Assembly (NCBI RefSeq): GCF_009834535.1
Contig: NC_045711.1
Span: forward strand, 40,920,001 to 40,984,000
Direction of reading: 5' to 3'
Source of the DNA: Camelus ferus
Taxonomy: Eukaryota
Length of the DNA: 64,000 nt
How positions within the stretch are numbered: position 1 is the stretch's first letter; every line of letters starts with the position of its first letter. Position numbers and translations under genes: made by a program. Below are positions 50,101 to 62,772 of the stretch, piece by piece. The notes under the pieces are model-generated. The model was not told the DNA's origin, did no database searches, and saw only the letters and a program-made list of their open reading frames with translations.

Positions 50101-51801
50101 GAAAATAGGATCAATCTCACAAGGTTGTTGAGAAGATAGAACGAGAAAATGCATGGACTGCACTTAGCACAGTGCCTGGCACATCAAAATTACTCAGTGA
50201 GTGGAAGCCATTTATAGTATTATTTTCTTCCAACTCTGTAGTCAGTGTCTATTAAGAAGACTTTGGTTCTTTCTCATTCACCACTATAGCCCCACTGCAT
50301 AGCCTAGTGCATACCCCAGCACATAGTAGGAGCTCAAGAAATATCTGCTGAATGATGTACTATAAGATGATCATCTATGTATTAAATGTATATCTCTAGC
50401 TCAGACCTCTCCTCTGAGCCTCAGACTTACATATCCAACTACCTGCATTGCGTCTCTACCTGAATGGCTCGCAAGCATCCTAAATTTTAACAAGTTCAAA
50501 ATAAAAACTCCTGATGCCTGCCTTCAAAACCTTTCCTTCCTCAGTTTCTTCCATATCAGTAAATGATACCACTGTCCCCCAGTTATTAAAGTCAGACATC
50601 TGGAAATTATGCCAGAATCTTTCCTCTATCTGACACTAACACATCAATAAATCCTGTTTCTACCTCCAAGATACTGTGAACCTACCCATTTCTCTCTGTA
50701 TCTTGTACTATAACCCTTGCCCAAAGCATTTCTTGCCTAGAATACTGCACTAGACTCTGAATGGTCGCTTTCACTCTTGTCACTCTCAAATCTAAATTCC
50801 ACGCAGCAGCCAGAGTGACATTTTAAAAATGCAAATCAGGGGGAGGGTATAGCTCAAAGTGATACAGCACATGCTTAGCATGCATGAGGTCCTGGGTTGA
50901 ATCCCTAGTACCTCCCCTAAAAAGTAAATAAACAAATAAACAAACATAATTACCTCCCCCCCTCAAAAAAAAACCTAAAAAAAAAATACAAATCATATCA
51001 AGATCATGCCTTTGCTTAAACCTGTTTCCTTTACACTGCAAATAAATCCAACTCCTTTACTCCAGCCTGCAAGGCCATAATCTGGTTCCCGCCCTTTGTG
51101 ACAATCACATTCTATTCCATTCTTTACGTTGCTCGCTACTTTCCAACTACATTGGACTTTTTCTCAATTCTTGAATACTCTGAATTCTTTCCCATGTGAG
51201 GACTTTCGCATAAGCTGTTTCCTCCGCCTGAAAAGCTCTGCCTTCTTCAGAATTCTGGTCCTCATTTCTCAAGTCTTGGCGTTAAATTTCACCTCTCAGA
51301 GAAATTTTCCCTGACCACCACAAACAAATGCTCCCTGGTGCCGTACTCTTTTCTCGCAGTTTCTTAATCACTTCTTTAACAATGTTCTGTTTCTTGTATA
51401 ATTTTCCTATAGTCTGTAAGCTCCGAGAGGGAAAAGACCAAGCCTATTTTGGTCTTAGCTATATATTCAGCACCGAGAGCCAGACACATATAGTTGCCGC
51501 TCAGTATCTGTTGAATGAAGAAGTCAGGATCAAAGAACAGAACTCTGCCGTGGGCGCAAAAGGCTGGCCGGGGGCGTGACCTCTTTGGAGGCGGAGTTTC
51601 CCGACCTCGACCAGGACCGGAAGCCTGGGCGGGGCTTCCCACCGTGGGCGCTCACGCCTCGGGGCGGGGCTAAGCGGGCAATGATTTCGCGGTCGGAGTT
51701 GGGGCTTATATTCTCTCTCCCAGAGCAATTTCCTCCCCCAGAGCCCTGGCTCACCCGAAGGCACCTCTCCCCACCACTCGGATCCGCTCGTACTTCTCCA
51801 T
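44126..51801 (-). CDS. NEK8: NIMA-related kinase 8 (kinase plus RCC1 repeats; NPHP9), 697 aa, 15 exons
   Basis: Exons 51801-51755, 49742-49537, 49320-49088, 48856-48725, 48233-48025, 47869-47790, 47706-47525, 47403-47256, 46861-46785, 46458-46341, 45670-45520, 45298-45135, 45037-44879, 44695-44537, 44154-44126. Total 2094 nt, in frame. HRDLKTQN and DFG motifs; ends VTDEPVPP. Intron 5 needs a GC donor. Confidence 0.98.
46130..46215 (+). mobile_element. L2 3'-end fragment
   Basis: CCCAGCACAGAGTGGGCACATAATGGGTGTGCAATAAAGG...AATAAATGAATG. Confidence 0.55.
49880..50230 (+). mobile_element. MIR fragments in NEK8 intron 1
   Basis: TGTGACACTTTGGGCAAGTCATTTAACTC and later GCACTTAGCACAGTGCCTGGCACAT. 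Confidence 0.65.
50380..51519 (+). mobile_element. L2 LINE fragment interrupted by a younger SINE
   Basis: TCTCTAGCTCAGACCTCTCCTCTGAG...ATCCAACTACCTG...AGCAGCCAGAGTG; ends CTCAGTATCTGTTGAATGAA. Confidence 0.7.
50839..50988 (+). mobile_element. tRNA-derived SINE, Vic-1-like (camelid)
   Basis: GGGGAGGGTATAGCTCAAAGTGATACAGCACATGCTTAGCATGCATGAGGTCCTGGGTTGAATCCC with A/B-box-like segments and an A-rich tail. TSD AAAAATGCAAATCA (50825-50838) / AAAAATACAAATCA (50982-50995). Family name from memory. Confidence 0.85.
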
Positions 51802-52280
51802 CTCATTTCTCAGAGTCACATTTCCGGAACCCCGACGCCTAAACGCGGCGCGTGCGCGGACCCTCCCTCCCTGGAGCCACGCCCCCTGTACTGTAAAATA
51901 ATTGCGGGGTGGAGCAAGTGGAGCTAGGTGTTGATTCCACCTCTCATCTGTCTTGGCTGATTTACACTGTTCTTGCAGCCCGAATCTGCAGTCAGTCTAA
52001 CAGGGTTCAAGAAATGGGCGATATGCCATTTCTTGGCGCGCTCTGTAAAGGCCAACACGGTACCAGCCACTTAAATGTGGCCGCATCCGGCCCTCGCAAA
52101 TCTCCCTTAGACCAGAAGGGTTCTCCGCGCAGGCCGAGTAAGGGTGGGAAACGAGGATCGACTTCTCTCTTTCCCCTTCTTTGCCCACTAGTGACGCTGT
52201 TTCCGAAGGAGAGGGCAGATTCTCGTTGGCACGCAAACGATAAACACTATCACAACAACCGAGAGCGTCGGCGCTCTCGG
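51540..52280 (-). promoter_or_regulatory. NEK8 CpG-island promoter
   Basis: CpG-rich. ETS palindrome TTCCGGAA 51822-51829 and NRF1-like GCGCGTGCGC 51848-51857 just upstream of exon 1. Confidence 0.7.
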
Positions 52281-53559
52281 TCTGTGGGGGCAGGGTGCAG
52301 GATTAGTTTCGTGTTTGCCTAGGGAGGGACCGGGGAAACCCTGAGCTGCGCAAGTTGATTCACCTAGGGAGAACGTAACACGATCTCCAGGCTGTCCCGA
52401 CTAGCGAGCACCGCGCTCTTCAACACCCATAATTCCCCCGATGCACACATACAACGCTGCCTCCTACAGCACTCAACTAGGGAGGAACTCCTTGGGGGAC
52501 AATGGGAGGGAAGTGGACCACTATCTGAAAGCTTCGGGGAGAGGAGGAAAGACAGTCGTTTGGGTTATAGAGGTTCAAGGCTTCTGCCCAGAGGTAGGGG
52601 GCTGGTTAGTACCAATGTCTAAGATCTTGACCGGAAGTAAGTTTAATTCCAGGTGTCTCCCGGCGCCTCCTGATCTTCACAAGCTCCATAAAAGCTTAGT
52701 TAAGGAAGCAGGAAGGATGGTGATTAGCGTCCCTATTTCTGAGTGGGTGAGGAATGTGAGGAAAGGGGTGTTTATCTTCTGCTCCCACCCTGTCCCTTGA
52801 AAGGGTGCCTATACTACCCGCGTGGAATGACTGCTGGAAGGGCCCTGTGAGGGCCCCTCGGTCGCTGGCTCAGGCTGGTGTGGCTGGCGGACAAAGCTAC
52901 CCTGTGAGCAAAGGGGAGCCTAGGGGGAGAAAGCTGCTCAGCCGGGACACTCCGTGCTCTCACCTAGAAACCATAGTTGACCCAGTAGCCCCACAGAGGT
53001 TAATGTGTAAGCTTGGAGCCTTCGGGGAGGCAGAGCAAACACCCAAACTGCTTGGCGCCTCAGGCTTCTGGCTTTTCCTCCCTTTTGTAGAACCTCCTCA
53101 CCCCTCTGCCTCAACTACTCCCATCTCCTTTACCCCTGCCCTCGGTTCTTCACTGCCCTTCCGTTCGCGTAATCTGGCTAACTCCCCACAACCAACCACC
53201 TTGTTTCTTCGGCGGCTGGAGGGATTTGGCGCCACGGTGAGGACAGGCTGACACCTAGTGGCTGCGATCTGCAACTGCTCCAGGCCGCCGGCCTGCAGAG
53301 TGAGGGTCACTCCAGCAGCCTGGGCCCGCCCCAGCCTCCAGGGAGCAGGGAGAATAGACCTGGGGACTGTCTGAGGGAGGACTGCGACTGCCGCTCGGCC
53401 CCAGGAGCATAAGAGCTTGGGAGAAGGGGCGGTGATGGGTTAGTCGACAGTTTCTAGGCACTGACTCGGTGCGGAACGCGGTAGAGGCAGGTAAACATAC
53501 TCGTCTCTCGCCTGAAGAAACTAGTGATCCAATGCAAGAACAGGGTCCAAATGGAGATC

Positions 53560-54420
53560 ACTGTCAGAAGCTGGGCACCGGCCCGTCCCCAGCACCAGGG
53601 ATTAAAAGACGTGGGTGTGTGACGGGTCACGCCCAGCTCTGCCCATAAGGGAGTTGAGGGCGGAGAGAAAGCTCTCTCAGTACCTGCCCAGGCAGAGGAG
53701 TCTGGACCCCCGGAAAAAGGTAGGGTGCGGGTTAACGAGACGAAGTGAGCGAGCAGGACTCCGTCGGCAGTCGGGAGGCGCCAGCGAGGGATGGCTCGGT
53801 GGCGGCGCCCCTAGGACAGCCGCCTTCCCCTTAAGTCCGCGAGAGCCCGGCAGGGCCCAGGGGCCCCCGGGAAACGCCGCTTGAGCCCTCTGAGCTACAG
53901 AGGCACTGGAGGGGCGGGGACAGGCGGAGGCGGGGCGGGGGCGCGGGCGGTTGGGGGCGGGGGCAGAGGCCGGCAGGGAGGGGACGGGAGGGGAGAAGGG
54001 GCCTACAGGGCTCCGCGGAAACCGTGTGTGAGGCTGGCGGCCGGCGGGAGAGGCGTCTGGGGTGAACTGGCCCGAGAGGGAGCCCCGTTCCCGAACAGCC
54101 CGCGGAGGCCGCCTAGAGGGCGGACAGGTAGAAGGCAGGGAGGGCCAGCATGCCCCCAGTGCCGCTCCCCGTCCTGCTGCTGCTCCTGGGCGCCACGCTG
54201 ACCTTCCGGGCGCTCCGACACACGCTCTGTCGCCTGCCCCTGCCTGCACACGTGCGCGCCGACCCCCTGCGCACCTGGCGCTGGCACAACCTGCTCGTCT
54301 CCTTCACTCATTCCATTGTGTCAGGGATCTGGGCACTGCTGTGGTGAGTGAAGGACTGGGGGAGTGAAGGAGGCTAGGGGATCCCGCATTACTTGCCGCA
54401 TCACTCACCAGCGGGCTGAG
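53560..54420 (+). promoter_or_regulatory. TLCD1 CpG-island promoter with GC boxes and a G-quadruplex-forming tract
   Basis: Seven G3-G5 runs within 53911-53963, several GGGGCGGGG boxes. Confidence 0.7.
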
Positions 54421-55721
54421 GCCCAGGCAGTCTCACCTGATTCCCAGTTTAGAATGCTGTCCAACCAGGAACTGCAGCAGCCCCAGGGGAGGGGGGTGGT
54501 GTCTCACCTAGGAAATGGGAGACACCTGGGTTTAAGCCGAGCTCCTCCGAGCTCCGCAGTCAGCCAATAGCGTCAGCCCAGACTCCCCGAGGACTAGCAA
54601 GGGTAATGGGGGAAGTTGTGCGTCCTTGGGGATACCGAGATGATGAGAGCCTACCTTCTTCCCTCCCTTCCAGTATATGGCAGACCCCTGAGATGCTGGT
54701 GGAAATTGAGACAGCATGGTCGCTTTCTGGCTATCTGCTCGTTTGCTTCTCCACAGGTGGGTCTTGCCCAGGAAGCATTAAATAGGTGGGGGGACAGGGA
54801 TAAGCTTGTTCAGTCCCCTTAATACCTCTTCCCCCACCCCTCCCCTAGGGTATTTCATCCACGACACCGTGGATATCTTGATTAGCCATCAGGCACGAGC
54901 TTCTTGGGAATACCTTGTCCATCATGTCATGGTAAGTGAGAAGCAGAGGATATTGTATAGGCTTAGTGCTAGCAACCTAGTCTCAGCCCTGTCTTTTTGA
55001 ACCTGGGAGGTATAGGCCATCTTTCAACACCACTCCAATGACGCCCTGCATCTTCTCATGCTAGAATGCCTTAGGTTGACTGTCTGTGCCCTTGATTCAC
55101 TATTTGAGGCCAGCAATCAAGGCCTCACCTTCTTAGACTGGAAACTCCACCCAGACCAAGGACCTCTGGGCAGGGATCAAAATGCAGTGTTGAATCCACT
55201 GTAAACTCTTCCCAGAAGAAAGCAAATAGGGGAGCATTTCCTAGCCCTTAAGTCGGTAGCCTTGATATTCTCACCAACTTTCCAGTTAAAGTCTTGGCAT
55301 GTGAATTCCCTAACACGTTCTCTCCCTTGCATTGTAGGCTATGGGTGCCTTCTTTTCAGGCATCTTTTGGAAAAGATTTGTTGGTGGGGGCGTCCTAACA
55401 CTGCTGGTGGAGGTCAGCAACATCTTCCTCACTATACGAATGATGATGAAGATCAACAATGCCCAGGATCTCCTCCTCTATCGGGTGAACAAATATGTCA
55501 ACTTGGTCATGTACTTTCTCTTCCGCCTGGCCCCTCAGGCCTACCTTACCCATTACTTCCTGGGTTATGCTGGCCAGAGGACCCTGGGAACCTTTCTGCT
55601 GAGCATCTTGCTCTTGCTGGATGTCATGATCCTCATCTACTTTTCCCGCCTTCTCCGCTCTGACTTTTGCCCTGACCGTGTTCCCAGCCAGCAACACAAA
55701 GACAAGTTCTTGACTGAATGA
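54150..55721 (+). CDS. TLCD1: TLC domain-containing protein 1, 247 aa, 4 exons
   Basis: Exons 54150-54343, 54674-54756, 54849-54931, 55338-55721. GT-AG, total 744 nt. ADPLRTWRWHNLLVSF...GYFIHD...EVSNIFLTIR...KDKFLTE. Confidence 0.97.
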
Positions 55722-56319
55722 AAAGCAGAGCTGGGAACTTGTGGCAAGGACAGCAAACACAGCCAAGAACAGCCCCACACATAAATGAAGACTTAGCCCC
55801 TTGCCGGAGGCATCCTCTGGGGCCAGCCTCTTCACCCGCTATTGCAAACCCTAATGAAAGCACTCCTCTGAAGTTCTTGTTCTTTCTTGGACAAGGGGTG
55901 AAGGAAGCAGACAGACTGGTTGGGCATGGTAGATGGGTGTGGGGGAAAGGTGCACCCAACCCACATTGCCCTGAATGGATGCTAATGAAGACTGCGGATC
56001 TCTTCCAGGGATAAAGGTGTTCTTGTAAAGCTTCTTGCTTGTTCTCTTTTTTACCTCTATGATGGAGACAAGTTGTAGTTGTCCTAGGACAACCAATCCT
56101 AATGTGGGTCATAAGTATCTCTGCTATAAATTTGGTGAAGTGATAGGGCTGAATGTTACAACACAATAAGCAAACCAAGAATCTTGCCCAAGCCCTGTTA
56201 TTTACTTAGGTGTGTATATATCACAGTATGGCCTCCCCCAGACCAACCAGAAATCAACATAAAGACAAGAAGCATACAGTAAAAATTTTTATATTTAGAA
56301 TTAGCCAGCTGGACTGAGT

Positions 56320-59301
<2,982 letters not shown>

Positions 59302-59307
<6 letters not shown>

Positions 59308-59460
59308 CTTCGTGAAAAGGGTTTCGTAGTTCTGGTCCCGCAAGCTTATAGCGCCAAGTCTCACCGAAAACTCGCGACGCTTTTTATTTAAAGCTGATTG
59401 GATAACCTGCAGCCGCAGCGCCCGCCGGGAATGGTAGTTAGATTTAGTTTCCTCGCGAGA
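59302..59460 (-). promoter_or_regulatory. RPL23A core promoter with 5'TOP start
   Basis: TOP tract CCCTTTTC 59321-59314; YY1-like AAGATGGCG over the ATG; TATAAG 59350-59345 (about -29); ZNF143-type ACTACCATTCCC 59438-59427; TCTCGCGAGG 59460-59451. Confidence 0.8.
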
Positions 59461-60677
59461 GAGCCTAAACTAGCACCACCCCTCGGCTTGTCAGATACTA
59501 AAGCTTCACGGGTGTTGTAGTTTTTTTGCGACACGTGTTTATTTGCTGCGGCGGGTAGATGAAGTAGTCCGCTACTGCGCGGATCTGATCCTGAGTGTTT
59601 CGCATCTTGAGCAACTTAAGGGAAGAGGATTACAGTTCCAAGAGACAGTAACACTGCAAACTGGAATTAATATACTGTAGTTAGCTTGGCTCAGGTAGAG
59701 TAAAGCAAAATTCTAGAACGGTAGAGCAGAATTTGTGCAGTCCAACTCCCTCAGACAACATCTGTGGAAACTGAGGTCGAAAGAGGGGACGGCTTATTAA
59801 TAACACAGTGATTCCGGGGAAGAAAAAAGTCAGGCGGAGGAGAGGAGCAAAGTGTCAGAGAAGGTGGGTGGTGGTCACATCTGTCCCTCGTACCAGTGGC
59901 AGATTTCATGCGTTTTCCCTATTTCATGTGATTTCTCATGAAGAGATTCAACAGATATTCCAAACACCTAGGGCACAGATTTCTCCAGGATTCGCTCTTC
60001 TTGTGAATACTTTCATTCACAGTCCCCTCCCTTTAAGTAGTCTTCCCTGCCTTGCTCCAGGCATCTTTACATCCTCAAATTCAGTTCCTGACGCAGAGCA
60101 AAGTTTAGTAAATCTCAGGTTTGCTTCTCTGTGCTTTCCCCACACCCACACGGCCTTTCTGCCATCTCCCTCCCCTCTTGGAATCAGGGTTCCCCTTTGA
60201 AGATGAGATTTGTTATGTGCTATCCCCTCTTCTATCTTGCAGACTGCGAAAAGGAAAAGTTGTCCTTGAGGGGATGGAGATTTCCAGTGGGGACAGAGCG
60301 AAGAACGCCCACACTGGTGGGGCGTCCCCATGTCCCAGAGCAGTGAACTCTTCGAAGGGCGGAATTCTCGGTTCCCCTAGCCCTCTTTTATCCTCCATTG
60401 AGGGAGGCAGCTTGGTTTTTGGCCCTCCAACAATTCAATCTACAGGGCAGCCTAGGAGGAAAAGGCACTGGAGTTCGGACATCTCTCTCCTTGGTGAGCA
60501 CTTCGTTCCGACCCTAGTACTCCCTCTAAGCTCTCTCCCACCACCCCCCAGGGTAGAAGGGCGAGCGGGGGCAGACCCTGTGAGTCACGTCCTGGCCCTG
60601 GAGTTGAGGGAAGCGCCGCCTCTCCTAGAGCCCCTTCTCTCCCTCTTTCCCCTCCCGCTGGTTCCTGGCACAGCTAG

Positions 60678-60721
60678 ATGCTGCGCAACAGCCACCGATT
60701 CCCCATCACCAATTCGTCTGG
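60678..60721 (+). CDS. RAB34: candidate upstream RAB34 coding exon giving a 23-aa N-terminal extension
   Basis: ATG 60678, donor GG|GTAAGG 60721/60722, acceptor TTCTCAG|G at 61531. The join is in frame with the RAB34 ATG at 61556: MLRNSHRFPITNSSGAPRKAAGK-MNILAP. Confidence 0.55.
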
Positions 60722-61140
60722 GTAAGGGTCCCAATGGACGCGCCGCTCGGCACCGGCGGTGCAGAGGAGGGCGACCTGGGGGATGGATCCCCATCTTGGC
60801 AGGTTCCAGCCTGGGTGGGGGCGATCCTGGTCCCCGGTGAGGCGTCGGGCGGGGGAGCCTGAGCTGGGGCAGCGCCGGAGGGAGGAGAGGAGGGGGAGGC
60901 CGGGGCTGGCTGCGAGGCAGGGAGCTGCTGGGAGAGGGGCGGGGGGCGGCCCTTCTCCAGGAATTTCCGGGGATCAAGTTACAGCACTCGCCGAGAGAGA
61001 GCCGAGTGTGACGCGAGGCCCTGCAGTGGTCTGGGTCCCTCGCCCCCTCCTCCAGCAGTCCACCGGCCTTGCTGCGCGGTCCCTGCCCACACTGACCCCG
61101 AGTGGCGGGGCCGCGCCGCGCCCCCCCGGACCTCTCTGTT

Positions 61141-62772
61141 ATGGTGGGGTCGCCTCAACCCCGAGTTGTCGTCGGGTCTCCACGGCCTCGAGTTATTGTA
61201 GGAACTATCCGACCCCGAGTTATTGTAGGGTCTTCGAGGACCCGGGTGCCTCCAGACGGGACTCCCCGCCCGCATTTGGCGGCCGAGGGGTCTCCCCGAC
61301 CCCGAGTCGTCTTCGGGACACCCCGGGCCCGAGTGATTGTGGGTTCACCTCGGCCCCAGGTGACTGTCTCATCCCCGTGGCCCGCGGTGGTCGTAGCATC
61401 CCCGAGGCCACGGGCTCCCGCAGGTTCTCCGTGGCCCCGAGTTATAGTCGGGACCCCTCGGTCGCGGGTGATTGTCGGGTCTCCGCGGGCCCGGATCGCT
61501 GGGGCGGATCAGGCCTCAGCGCCTTCTCAGGGCTCCCCGCAAGGCCGCAGGCAAGATGAACATTCTGGCGCCGGTGCGGAGGGACCGCGTCCTGGCGGAG
61601 CTGCCCCAGGTAGGTTGGCGCCAGGGCCACGTCGGGCTTCTGGCTGCGGTGGGTGTGGGCGGGGAGAAGGAGGCACCAGACGGGTTAGAAGCTTGGGCCC
61701 AGCCCTGCTGCCCAGCTAGGCCTGCTGCTTCTGGGTGGTCCCCTCCCCACCCCCGCCCCGGGCTGCTGGGCATCTGGACTAGGGCCAGGAATGGGTGAGT
61801 CCCATTCTCTTCTATCCCTTTCAGTGCCTGAGGAAGGAGGCCGCTTTGCACGTGCACAAAGACTTCCACCCCCGCGTCACCTGCGCCTGCCGGGAGCACC
61901 GGACAGGCACCGTGGGGTGAGTTAGAGACACCCGGAATAAAGAAAGGAAGTCCCAGAAAAGCTGTAGTCAAAGCAAGGGTACAGAGTCAACAACTTGGGG
62001 CTCCATTTCAGCCTCTACCAGCTATGTGGTTATTTCCCCTTTTCATGCCCCTGTGTTCTTCCCTTTCTTCCAACAAGGTTGTGGAGAGTGCTCTGAGATG
62101 GGGTGGGGTAGAAGGGTGGCAGTTTAATTTCTGACACTGAGAAGGTGTCCAACACGAGGGTGTGGTCACCAACTCAGCTTCCCACATACCATCTATCTGG
62201 ACTCCAGGGCAAGTGGTATTGCCTAGAGGGTTGAGTCCCATTGTAGGTGGAAAAAAAAAGAAAGTAGTAGTTATAAAAGTTGGCCACCATTAACTGAGCA
62301 TTTACTGTGTCCCAAGCTGTATGTTGGGTACTGTTATTGTCCGTTATTAAATGGAAAACATCTTCACTTTTAAGATGTATCTGATTTCAGAGTTGTTAAA
62401 ATTGTGTGTGTGGGGGGGCTATATCTCAGAATATAGGACATTTATCTCATTTTAACCTTTGCAACAACCCAGTAAAATATATGTTAAATCCCCAGTTAAC
62501 AAATGTTGTAACTGAGGCTCAGAGAGATTAAGAAATGTGTCCTAAGTCACACAGCTAGTAAGTGTGAGAGCTGGAATTCAAATTCATGTCTCTCTGATAC
62601 TGAAGCACAAAACACTCCTCTCCAGCACATCTGTCCAGGCCTGGTGTCTATGGTAACCTCAGCCTGGGTGCACCTAACTTTGTGGACCTACTATATAGGG
62701 AGCATTTGGACTCCTCTGGGTGAAACAGCTAGTGCTCACTCTTACTGCTCACTCTTGTGTCAGCAGATTTAA
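61141..62772 (+). CDS. NARR: NARR (nine-amino-acid-residue repeats), alternative-frame product of the RAB34 locus, 188/189 aa
   Basis: ATG 61141 in strong context (GTTATGG). 27-nt repeats encode GSPRPRVIV-like units. Exons 61141-61609, 61825-61916, then 62764 or 62767 to TAA 62772. Ends ...RLPGAPDRHRG(Q)I. Confidence 0.88.

Noticed and set aside
50839-50915. tRNA gene
   Set aside because: The tRNA-like head is followed by a SINE body, A-rich tail and TSD; the cloverleaf is degenerate.
52631-53615. Possible alternative TLCD1 first exons (donors at 52637 and 53611/53615)
   Set aside because: Good-looking donors, but no convincing in-frame, well-supported exon could be defined from sequence alone.
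60759-61559. 266-aa third-frame ORF over NARR with PTPSYCR-like repeats
   Set aside because: Frame-shifted reading of the same 27-nt repeat in GC-rich DNA; it starts just inside the candidate intron. Only cross-species frame conservation would revive it.
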